The notes below the pieces were generated by a model, which did not search any database, was not told where the DNA came from, and worked only from the letters and a program-made list of their open reading frames with translations. Of a DNA stretch of 64,000 bases, positions 1 to 8,245 are shown in pieces. The translations under genes and the position numbers were made by a program. Where the stretch lies: contig OY820579.1 in NCBI GenBank assembly GCA_963681965.1, positions 1,184,001 to 1,248,000 of the forward strand, given 5' to 3'. Numbering within the stretch: the first letter of the stretch is position 1; every line of letters starts with the position of its first letter. The DNA is from a bacterium. Its GTDB lineage: Bacteria; Electryoneota; JAOADG01.

Positions 1-1
1 T

Positions 2-922
2 AAACAGGCATTGTACAACGTGTTGTACACGATTCTCAATCCGCAGGACGAAGTGATGATTCTGGCACCGTATTGGGTCTCTTATCCCGAAATGGTGAAG
101 ATGCTGTATGGCGTTCCGGTAATCGTTACCCCGGAAGACGGCACGTTCCATCCCCGGATGGAAGACATCAAGAAGTATGTCACGTCCTACACCAAAGTGA
201 TCATCTGCAACAGTCCAAACAATCCCTCCGGGTTTGTCTATCGCGATGAATTCATTGCCGAATTGGTCGACTTCTGCGAAACCAAAGGCATCTACCTGAT
301 CATGGACGACATCTACCACAAGTTGGTATTCGATGGCACCAAAGCCGCTTCGGCATACAAGTTTACTACCAAAGATCTCGAAAATTCGCACATCATCTCG
401 TTGAATGGCGTTTCGAAATTGTACGGTATGACCGGTTTCCGAATCGGTTGGGTGGTAGCGCCGAAGAAGATGATCGATGTAATGATCAACGTGCAGGCAC
501 AGACAACCTCGTGTGCGTCTGTTGTCTTGCAAGCCGCAGCGGAAGGTGCGTTGACCGGTGTTCAGAGCGTGATCGAAGGACTTCGATTGATGCTCGAGAA
601 CAATCGCAATGTCATGGTGCAGGAATTGAAAGCGTTCAACGGAATCCGCATCCAGCAGCCGCAAGGCACGTATTATTGCTTGCCAGATTTCAGCGCGTAC
701 GATAAGGATTCCACCAAACTGTGCAACTTCCTGCTCGAGAAAGCGCTTGTCGTCACGGTTCCCGGTAAGGAATTCGGAATGGAAGGTCACTTGCGACTTT
801 CTTATTGCGGATCGATCAAGGATATCAAGCAAGGTATCGAGCGCATCAAGTGGGCACTCGATCCGGATTCTCCGAATGAAATCTTTATCGGCGAACGTAA
901 ACTTATCCGCGATTGGATGTAA
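2..922 (+). CDS. aspC: PLP-dependent aminotransferase class I/II (aspartate aminotransferase-like), 5'-truncated by window edge
   Basis: Frame open from base 2 (KQALYN...); motifs PYWVSY, NSPNNPSG, DDIY, SKLYGMTGFRIGW (PLP Lys), HLRLSY. Confidence 0.88.
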   Translation, partial: KQALYNVLYTILNPQDEVMILAPYWVSYPEMVKMLYGVPVIVTPEDGTFHPRMEDIKKYVTSYTKVIICNSPNNPSGFVYRDEFIAELVDFCETKGIYLIMDDIYHKLVFDGTKAASAYKFTTKDLENSHIISLNGVSKLYGMTGFRIGWVVAPKKMIDVMINVQAQTTSCASVVLQAAAEGALTGVQSVIEGLRLMLENNRNVMVQELKAFNGIRIQQPQGTYYCLPDFSAYDKDSTKLCNFLLEKALVVTVPGKEFGMEGHLRLSYCGSIKDIKQGIERIKWALDPDSPNEIFIGERKLIRDWM

Positions 923-930
923 TCGATTTT

Positions 931-960
931 ACGGGCGGACTTCTCTGTCCGCCTGCTTTC
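931..960 (+). terminator. Probable intrinsic terminator after aminotransferase
   Basis: GGGCGGAC-ttctct-GTCCGCCT hairpin followed by short T run. Confidence 0.55.
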
Positions 961-993
961 AATCTTGTTCATTGATCATCTTTTGGATCTTTA

Positions 994-1020
994 GTAGGGG
1001 CGGATCCCCGTATCCGCCCG
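994..1020 (+). repeat. GTAG-tagged REP-like palindrome
   Basis: GTAG followed by GGGCGGAT-ccccgt-ATCCGCCC; matches the GTAG-tetranucleotide + GC-rich hairpin architecture of RAYT-associated REPs. Confidence 0.55.
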
Positions 1021-1111
1021 CTCTTTGATCCTTTTTTTCGTTAGGGTGTATTATAATCCGCCCGAATCTTTTTTCCGATTTATCGCAATCGAGGGAGTAA
1101 CAAACAGCAGT

Positions 1112-1813
1112 ATGAACCAAAGCGATCGACCAAGTCATCGTGGATTCGATATTCTGAAACGATGCTTCGATTTTCTGATCACCTTCATCGCTTTTCTGAT
1201 CATACTGCTCCCGATTGCGCTGGTAGCACTGGTGGTCAAATTGACATCGCCGGGCAAAGTGTTCTTTTTACAGGATCGAATCGGTCGCAATCGGAAACCA
1301 TTCAAGATGATCAAATTCCGGACGATGGTCACCGATGCTCAGAAGATCGGACCGTCGGTCACCAGCAAGGACGACAACCGGATCACCGGGATTGGTCGCA
1401 TTCTCCGGCGCACGAAGCTGGACGAATTGCCGGAATTGTGGAATGTGCTGGTTGGCGATATGAGTCTGGTCGGACCGCGTCCCGAAGTGAAAAATTATGT
1501 CGATTTTTATCGACCGGAATGGGAACGTGTATTCGATGTTCGACCGGGCATTACCGATTTGGCGACGTTGCAGTTTCGCGATGAAGAGTCGGTGCTGGCG
1601 GGTGCGAAGGATCGCGAAGCCGCGTACATCCAGATCGTAGTGCCGATCAAAATGAAATTGGCGCTGGAGTATGTCGACCGCCGGAGCATCGGATTAGATC
1701 TGGCGATTCTGTTTCGCACGGTGTGGGGCATCACGTTGGGTCGAATTCTGATGAAACCGAACGACGATCTTGCGGAAGCTGCCCGCAAGCAGGTCGAAGA
1801 AATGAAGTCGTAA
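1112..1813 (+). CDS. Bacterial sugar transferase (polyprenyl-phosphate glycosylphosphotransferase catalytic domain)
   Basis: KRCFD + one TM helix, FKMIKFRTM, DNRITGIGRILRRTKLDELPELWNVLVGDMSLVGPRPE, RPGIT; GAGGGAG upstream of ATG 1112. Confidence 0.9.
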   Translation: MNQSDRPSHRGFDILKRCFDFLITFIAFLIILLPIALVALVVKLTSPGKVFFLQDRIGRNRKPFKMIKFRTMVTDAQKIGPSVTSKDDNRITGIGRILRRTKLDELPELWNVLVGDMSLVGPRPEVKNYVDFYRPEWERVFDVRPGITDLATLQFRDEESVLAGAKDREAAYIQIVVPIKMKLALEYVDRRSIGLDLAILFRTVWGITLGRILMKPNDDLAEAARKQVEEMKS

Positions 1814-1817
1814 TTTT

Positions 1818-1870
1818 TGTCATTGCGAATCCGTTAGCTAACGGATATGGCAATCTGCGACGGTAGATTG
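1818..1870 (+). repeat. GTCATTGCGA...GCAATCT-type palindromic intergenic repeat (partial)
   Basis: TGTCATTGCGA-ATCCGTTAG/CTAACGGAT-ATGGCAATCT, then AGATTG; resembles CGTC/TGTC-tagged REP-like repeats. Confidence 0.45.
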
Positions 1871-1926
1871 ACATCTCAACATAGCTGTTCGAGATATTAG
1901 AACTCTAATATTATTGAGAAAAATTT

Positions 1927-2907
1927 ATGTTGGGTAAGACAATCCTAATTATTTTTGTTTCTCTAACTGCAACAAACTGTTTGCATGCGGATGACTGTCT
2001 TCATTTGTTTTTTAGCAAGAAATATCAGGACGCAATCGATTGTTACCTAAGTAGAAATGAAACAGAAAGATCTAGTTTTGACGAGGAAAGAATCATTCTA
2101 TGCAATATTCAACTAGGAAATTATGAAAAAGCTGAATCGCAAATAAATAAATTTTTTATTAAAGACTCTAGCAATTCAAGTTTTTGCTCTGAGCTTTCTT
2201 TTTCTTTCTTCGATAAACAACAATATCAAAAAGCGATTCAATGGTTAAAAAATCAGATTAAAATAGAAGTAAAGGATCAAGAAAGAAATAAATTATCTCT
2301 TTGTAGATCGCTGATTTCAATTGGAACAATCTATGAGCAAAATCTAAATGATCACAATAAGGCAATTGAATTTTTTAATTTTGCAAATAAACTAGGGTAC
2401 CCGTATCCATTAGAATACGTGTTTGAAAATGAAGGCTGGTATTATATCACTAAGAACAAAACCGAGTATTTCTATTTTCTGAAAAAGAGCATCCAAAAAA
2501 AAGATACGAATTATCTTTGTTGGATAATGACTTATTGGGATGGTAGAAAATCAGGAAATTATTTTCTTGATGATCTTATGGATTGTCGAGTGATAGATTC
2601 GACGTATTCTTTATTTCCTGATTTGAATATTGATTCTTGTATGAATTTGTATTATTCATCGGTGGCTGCCATCGCAAAAGAAAAAGAAAATCATGTTAAA
2701 ACAAAAAATCTATACGAATTTGATTTAGTTAATTCGAGATTACGATTAATTCAATTTATTAATTATGATGCGTTGGAAGAGGTTAAAGCAGGCAGTGTAA
2801 TCGATCTTAAAAAAGAACCGAATGAGGGCTGGGAATATACAACGCCGAATAGCATTGGCGAATTATGGTTGGATTGCGTAAAAAATCAGGTTCGAAAGAA
2901 GAAATGA
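1927..2907 (+). CDS. Exported hypothetical protein: TPR-like N-terminus, surface-adhesin-E-like C-terminal domain; AT-rich
   Basis: Signal-peptide-like N-terminus; helical repeats (YQDAIDCY, YEKAESQI, YQKAIQWL, HNKAIEFF); C-terminal WEYTTPNSIGELWLDCV. Confidence 0.6.
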   Translation: MLGKTILIIFVSLTATNCLHADDCLHLFFSKKYQDAIDCYLSRNETERSSFDEERIILCNIQLGNYEKAESQINKFFIKDSSNSSFCSELSFSFFDKQQYQKAIQWLKNQIKIEVKDQERNKLSLCRSLISIGTIYEQNLNDHNKAIEFFNFANKLGYPYPLEYVFENEGWYYITKNKTEYFYFLKKSIQKKDTNYLCWIMTYWDGRKSGNYFLDDLMDCRVIDSTYSLFPDLNIDSCMNLYYSSVAAIAKEKENHVKTKNLYEFDLVNSRLRLIQFINYDALEEVKAGSVIDLKKEPNEGWEYTTPNSIGELWLDCVKNQVRKKK

Positions 2908-3353
2908 ATTCCACATCTTTTTTTGCATTTTATGGGGCATTTGTAGCTACTGCGAATGTAGCGTGGAATATTTATTTATATATTAATGAAAGACCCCAAT
3001 TAAAAATCACTGGTATGATTGCATGGGTAATTCAAGGTGGAGTAAGACAAGAAAAAAAAGAGTTTTTTATCACGATAACGAATTTGAGTAAAAGACCTAT
3101 TACGATTAGTAGTGTTGCGGGTTTGAATTATGATGGAAGTACAATAGTATCAAAACCTGCAATGAATGAATGTCCAAAAGAACTGTTCGAGGGGCATCAA
3201 TTAAAATTCACATTTGGTTATGCGGATTGTATAAATGAAAAATTAAAACAAATTCGTGTTTGGGATACTAAAGGCAAATGTTGGTTATTTCCAGAAAAAG
3301 AGCTCGAGTTGTTGAAACACCAAAATCTTATTGCTGTGAATCAAGATAAGTGA
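2904..3353 (+). CDS. Hypothetical protein with N-terminal TM helix; AT-rich
   Basis: ATG overlaps upstream stop (ATGA); hydrophobic N-terminus. Confidence 0.6.
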   Translation: MNSTSFFAFYGAFVATANVAWNIYLYINERPQLKITGMIAWVIQGGVRQEKKEFFITITNLSKRPITISSVAGLNYDGSTIVSKPAMNECPKELFEGHQLKFTFGYADCINEKLKQIRVWDTKGKCWLFPEKELELLKHQNLIAVNQDK

Positions 3354-3430
3354 ATTTTATCGCAGAGATTCAATAAAACTAATTGTTATTGTGAATTGAT
3401 TTTTCCATCGATCATTTTATGAGGTTCTGA

Positions 3431-5071
3431 ATGAACAATCTCTTAAACATCGTCACTCCTGCCGAGAAGGAAGCGCAGGCGCTGAAAGCCGATTACGGCT
3501 TGAAGTATCTCGGACTGGACAATCTCCGCAAGGTCTATTGGAACCTGCCGATGGAAGCGCTCTACGAAGAGATCGTCTTCCGCCGGGAAGCGCGCATTTC
3601 GCACGAAGGACCAATCCTTGCCTTTACCGGTAAGCATACCGCGCGCGCTGCCAACGACAAATTTGTCGTCGCCGAACCGACCACCGAAAAAAATATCTGG
3701 TGGGGTGAATACAATCGACCGTATCAGCGCGATAAATTCAATGAGCTGTTTTCGCGAATGCAGGGCTTCTGCCAAGGTCGCGACCTGTTCGTGCAGGATG
3801 TCTACGCCGGTGCCGATCCTAATTACCGGATGCCCGTCCGGGTCGTGACGGAACTCGCGTGGCACAGCCATTTCGCACGCAATATGCTGATCACGCCGAC
3901 TTCGTTGGATGAATACAAGCGCTTTGTCCCGGAATTTACCGTCTTCTGTATGCCCGGATTTCAGGGCATTCCGCAGATCGACGGGACGAATACCAAGACC
4001 TTTATCGTCCTCAATTTCGAACAGAAGATGTGCATCATCGGCAACTCGGCATACGCCGGCGAAATCAAGAAATCGGTCTTCACGATTCTGAATTTCTTGC
4101 TGCCGTTCCAGCAGGTGATGCCGATGCACTGTTCCGCCAACATCGGCAAGGACAAGCGTTCCGCCCTCTTCTTCGGTCTCTCCGGAACCGGTAAGACGAC
4201 GCTATCCGCCGATCCGAATCGCAGTTTGATTGGCGACGACGAGCATGGTTGGAGTGAAGAAGGTATCTTCAATTTCGAGAATGGCTGCTATGCGAAAGTG
4301 ATTCAACTTTCCGCCACCGCCGAACCGGAAATCTACGAATGCACGCATAAATTCGGCACGATTCTCGAAAACGTCACCATCGATCCGATCACTCGTAAAA
4401 TCGATCTTGACGACGAATCATTGACCGAAAACACGCGCGCGAGCTATCCACTCGACTTCATTGCGAACGCCGTTCCCGAGAAGATGGGTGGACATCCCAA
4501 GAACATCATCTTCCTGACCTGCGATGCCTCCGGTGTGATGCCTCCGATTGCGAAATTGACGATCGAACAAGCGATGTACCACTTCATCAGCGGTTACACG
4601 TCGAAGATTGCCGGTACCGAAGTCGGTCTTGGCACCGAACCGGAAATCACGTTCTCGACCTGCTACGGTGGTCCGTTCATGGTGCATCATCCGGCGAAGT
4701 ATGCCGACTTATTGAAGAACAAGATTCTTCATTACGGTTCCGATTGCTGGTTGGTCAATACCGGTTGGGTCGGTGGTCCATACGGTGTCGGTCATCGAAT
4801 TTCGATCAAGTATACCCGCGCGCTTTTGAATGCGGCACTCGACGGCAAGTTGAACGACGTCGAATTCTACAAGGATCCGATCTTCGGTTTCATGGTTCCC
4901 AAGACTTGCGACGGCGTTCCCGAAAAGGTGATGTATCCAAGTGAAGAGTGGCACGATAAGAAGGATTACGATCGACGTTATCGTTCGCTCGCGGCACGAT
5001 TCATCGAGAACTTCAAGAAGTTCGCCGACGGCTGCACCCCCGAAGTGATTGGTGCCGGTCCGAAAATTTAA
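3431..5071 (+). CDS. pckA: Phosphoenolpyruvate carboxykinase (ATP)
   Basis: YAGEIKKS, PMHCSAN, FFGLSGTGKTTLS, LIGDDEHGW, FNFENGCYAK, TENTRASYP, LVNTGW. Confidence 0.97.
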   Translation: MNNLLNIVTPAEKEAQALKADYGLKYLGLDNLRKVYWNLPMEALYEEIVFRREARISHEGPILAFTGKHTARAANDKFVVAEPTTEKNIWWGEYNRPYQRDKFNELFSRMQGFCQGRDLFVQDVYAGADPNYRMPVRVVTELAWHSHFARNMLITPTSLDEYKRFVPEFTVFCMPGFQGIPQIDGTNTKTFIVLNFEQKMCIIGNSAYAGEIKKSVFTILNFLLPFQQVMPMHCSANIGKDKRSALFFGLSGTGKTTLSADPNRSLIGDDEHGWSEEGIFNFENGCYAKVIQLSATAEPEIYECTHKFGTILENVTIDPITRKIDLDDESLTENTRASYPLDFIANAVPEKMGGHPKNIIFLTCDASGVMPPIAKLTIEQAMYHFISGYTSKIAGTEVGLGTEPEITFSTCYGGPFMVHHPAKYADLLKNKILHYGSDCWLVNTGWVGGPYGVGHRISIKYTRALLNAALDGKLNDVEFYKDPIFGFMVPKTCDGVPEKVMYPSEEWHDKKDYDRRYRSLAARFIENFKKFADGCTPEVIGAGPKI

Positions 5072-5094
5072 TTGACGTCTTTGCGATAAATGAG

Positions 5095-5122
5095 AATGGA
5101 CGGGTTTTCACCCGTCCATTTT
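5095..5122. terminator. Hairpin terminator between convergent pckA and ahpC
   Basis: AATGGACGGG-ttttca-CCCGTCCATT followed by T run. Confidence 0.7.
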
Positions 5123-5148
5123 CGTACAAAAAAAAACAGCGAAGAATG

Positions 5149-5820
5149 TTACTTTTCTTTTTTCTTCTCGTCGTACATATTCGAAACATTCCCAACCATT
5201 TCGGCAGACGGAGTCAGCGTTGCATCCCCTTCGTCTTTCCACTTTGCCGGACAGGCTTTTTCCGGATGCTTCGAGATCATCAAGCACGCCTTGAAGCGTC
5301 GCATCAATTCGTCCATATTGCGACCGAGCCAATCAATGTGCTCTTCCTTGACAACCAACTGTCCCTGCGGATTGATGATGTAAGTACCGCGACGCGCATA
5401 CCCTTGATCGGCAACATAAACACCGAACAATTCCGCCAATTCGCCGGTCGGATCGGCACCCATCGGGAACTTAACGCCATGTAAATGTGCTTCGTCGCGT
5501 TGCCATGCCAAATGCACGAATTTCGTGTCGCAGCTAACGGAAATTACTTCGGCGCCCATTGCCTTGAAACGATCGTACTGCTCGCCGAGTGCGGTCAATT
5601 CGGTGGTGCAAACAAACGTGAAATCGCCGGGGTAAAACACCAGGATTGTCCATTTTCCGGCAGCTTTCAGATCGGCATAATTGATATTTCCAAAGCCCTT
5701 CTTTACCGGATCGAACACATCGATCGAAAAATCAGGTACATCGTCGCCAATTGCCAACGGTTTAAGTTCTTCGCAACCACAGCAGGAATCGTCGCAACAG
5801 CAGTTTTGTTCTTCACTCAC
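5149..5820 (-). CDS. ahpC: 2-Cys peroxiredoxin (AhpC/Prx1 type) with Cys-rich N-terminal extension
   Basis: FYPGDFTFVCTTE peroxidatic motif, GRNMDE, resolving ACPAKW; AGGAG before GTG start. Confidence 0.88.
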   Translation of the reverse strand: MSEEQNCCCDDSCCGCEELKPLAIGDDVPDFSIDVFDPVKKGFGNINYADLKAAGKWTILVFYPGDFTFVCTTELTALGEQYDRFKAMGAEVISVSCDTKFVHLAWQRDEAHLHGVKFPMGADPTGELAELFGVYVADQGYARRGTYIINPQGQLVVKEEHIDWLGRNMDELMRRFKACLMISKHPEKACPAKWKDEGDATLTPSAEMVGNVSNMYDEKKKEK

Positions 5821-6073
5821 GCGTTATCTCCTTGTTTGAAAGTGAATCCAACTAGTTAAAAATTAACAAACATTCACAATAAAATACGGATCAAAATTAC
5901 CTTTTGTTCCCTAACTGATAAGCGATACGTAATCAATTACCCGGCTATTTGAATATGATTTTCGATCCAGTACCACTTCTTTTTATTTCGTTTTGCATCG
6001 TATCGTTTCATTGATAGACAGAACTAATTAGATTCCTTGCAACAAGAGTAAAGAAAATGGGGGAGGACTAATA

Positions 6074-6466
6074 ATGTTTGTTTCATTGTTAATCAGTTCG
6101 TTGCTGCTCTCCGCGGCAGTATGTATCGTGATAAATCTAATTTTCCGGAAGACCGTACACGGATTACTCCAACGGACCGTACCGGAAGATTTAGCCGCTG
6201 CATTCCAACGCTATCTTCAGTTTGCCATTTATGTCATCGGTATCGGCGGTGGCGTCAGGTTCTACCAAATCGAACGATACGTGTACCCATCCGATCCCGA
6301 TAAAAACGGAAAAATTACCCAGATTGTACTGAATAGCGATCGGTGGACGCTGGAAATGGTCCGAACGGTAATCGAAACCTTACAATCGATCGCTTGGTTA
6401 TTGTTTCTTTTCTTCCTCATCATGCTGATTGCGTATTTGATTGTATCGAATCGAAAACAACACTAA
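6074..6466 (+). CDS. Hypothetical membrane protein (3 TM)
   Basis: GGAGG RBS; three hydrophobic segments. Confidence 0.75.
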   Translation: MFVSLLISSLLLSAAVCIVINLIFRKTVHGLLQRTVPEDLAAAFQRYLQFAIYVIGIGGGVRFYQIERYVYPSDPDKNGKITQIVLNSDRWTLEMVRTVIETLQSIAWLLFLFFLIMLIAYLIVSNRKQH

Positions 6467-6668
6467 TTCAATCTAAAAATTCATTCGTAACGCTTACCCT
6501 CAGTTTGGTTTCAGTGATTGGGCTCTGAAGTACATGGGAGCACAACCAACAAATCCGAAAATGTGTTCGTACCATAAATAATCGACTTCGAATAATTAAA
6601 GTTCGAATTAATTATTGGCATTGTTTATACAGGATTAAGATCAGACTGAGCAGGTCTCGGAGGGTAAA

Positions 6669-7256
6669 ATGAAGAAAGCTTCTCTTTTCGCAGTACTTAG
6701 TTTCGCAATAATGGCGAGTGTGGCAGCAGCTGCCGAATGGCAAATCGATGTGATGCATTCCAATGTCGGATTTTCGGTCAAACATATGATGATTTCCACC
6801 GTTCACGGAAATTTCGGAAAGTATGCCGCTAAGGTTGTATTTGACGATGCAAAACCGGAAAACTCGACTTTTGAAGCGACGATTGACGCGAGTTCAATCA
6901 ATACCGGGGTCGAAATGCGGGATAAGCATTTGAAATCTCCCGATTTCTTCGATGTTGAAAAGTATCCCTCGATTTCGTTCAAATCGACCAAAGTTATTGC
7001 CTTGGGTGAAGGAAAATTGAAAGTACTCGGTGATTTAACCATCCACGGCGTCGCCAAGTCGGTAACCCTTGAAGGGGAAGGTTTTTCTCCGGTGATCAAA
7101 AATATGCAGGGCGGTCTTTCAGCGGCAGCAACTGCGTCGACCACGATCAATCGAAAAGATTTCGGGTTAGTCTGGAATCGAAATCTGGACAATGGAAACA
7201 TGGTCGTCGATGAAAATGTGAAGATAACTTTAGAGCTGGAATTGGTGAAAAAGTAA
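6669..7256 (+). CDS. yceI: YceI family periplasmic lipid/polyisoprenoid-binding protein
   Basis: Signal peptide; HSNVGFSVKHMM, SINTG..RDKHLKSPDFFD, GDLTIHGV, INRKDFG. Confidence 0.92.
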   Translation: MKKASLFAVLSFAIMASVAAAAEWQIDVMHSNVGFSVKHMMISTVHGNFGKYAAKVVFDDAKPENSTFEATIDASSINTGVEMRDKHLKSPDFFDVEKYPSISFKSTKVIALGEGKLKVLGDLTIHGVAKSVTLEGEGFSPVIKNMQGGLSAAATASTTINRKDFGLVWNRNLDNGNMVVDENVKITLELELVKK

Positions 7257-7277
7257 ACCAGCAATCGAGCAATGGAG

Positions 7278-7302
7278 AAGGGCGCTTCTTGCGCCCTTTT
7301 TT
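7278..7302 (+). terminator. Intrinsic terminator after yceI
   Basis: AAGGGCGC-ttctt-GCGCCCTT + TTTT. Confidence 0.75.
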
Positions 7303-7435
7303 AATTTTGGAGCATATTTTCTTCTAAAGCCAGATATTCGGTTCGGAAGTATCGAAAAACAGTTTGGTTCCCTCGAAATTGTTGCTTATTGTAATGTATT
7401 GTCACGGTTTTCATCGCTTCTATTCAAGGACAAAC

Positions 7436-8194
7436 ATGATTCCCCCGAAAGAACGATTTACCAGTCGTGTCGAAAATTATGTGAAGTATCGACCACACTA
7501 TCCGCAACAATTACTCAGTTTACTCCGCGTCGAGTGTGGTATCGATTCCTCATGGGTGATTGCCGACGTCGGGAGTGGAACGGGAATCTCGAGCGAACTT
7601 TTCCTCTTCAACGGCAATCGAGTGATCGGTGTCGAACCGAATTCCGCGATGCGCGAAGCCGGCGACGAATATCTTGGACGATACCACAAGTTTATTAGTA
7701 TCGACGGGTGCGCCGAACAAACGAATCTCCCCGATGAAAATGTGGATATGATTATTGCAGGGTCGGCGTTTCATTGGTTCGATTTGGACGCGGCGAAAGT
7801 CGAATTCAAGCGAATTTTAAAGCCAGGCGGCTTGGTCGCACTGATGTGGAATTCCAGTATAAAGAACGAACCATTCATGATGGATCTGATAAAGACCGTT
7901 AAAAAGTACAATGTCGAACACGATGTCGAAAATAAATATCATCACGAGCGTGAGAAGATCGTACGTTTCTTCCATCCGAATGAATTTCGAGAATTCAATT
8001 TGCCGAATCAGCAGTATTTCGATTTCGATGGTTTGATTGGTCGTGTCTGTTCAATGTCTTACTCACCCTTACCGGGTCACCCATTTTTTGTGCCGATGTC
8101 GGTTGATTTAAAAAAAGTATTCGGTAAATACAGCTCGGACGACGAAGTGAAATTCGAATATTCGACGAATATTTATATCGGTAAGATCAAATAA
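7436..8194 (+). CDS. Class I SAM-dependent methyltransferase
   Basis: YVKYRPHYP, IADVGSGTG, GVEPN..M, AFHWFD, RILKPGG. Confidence 0.9.
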   Translation: MIPPKERFTSRVENYVKYRPHYPQQLLSLLRVECGIDSSWVIADVGSGTGISSELFLFNGNRVIGVEPNSAMREAGDEYLGRYHKFISIDGCAEQTNLPDENVDMIIAGSAFHWFDLDAAKVEFKRILKPGGLVALMWNSSIKNEPFMMDLIKTVKKYNVEHDVENKYHHEREKIVRFFHPNEFREFNLPNQQYFDFDGLIGRVCSMSYSPLPGHPFFVPMSVDLKKVFGKYSSDDEVKFEYSTNIYIGKIK

Positions 8195-8225
8195 AAAAAA
8201 CGGGCACAGCATCCTGCGCCCGTTC
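8193..8225. terminator. Terminator between convergent methyltransferase and OPT genes
   Basis: A8-CGGGC...GCCCGTT hairpin; poly-T on minus strand. Confidence 0.6.
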
Positions 8226-8245
8226 GCTATACGTAGTAAAATATC

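Noticed and set aside
5149-5820. Selenocysteine or stop-codon readthrough in the peroxiredoxin
   Set aside because: Catalytic positions are ordinary Cys codons and there is no in-frame TGA.
6495-6508. 14-bp match TACCCTCAGTTTGG to the IS3 terminal IR
   Set aside because: Isolated and lacks the TG terminus; several 14-mer matches are expected by chance in 64 kb.
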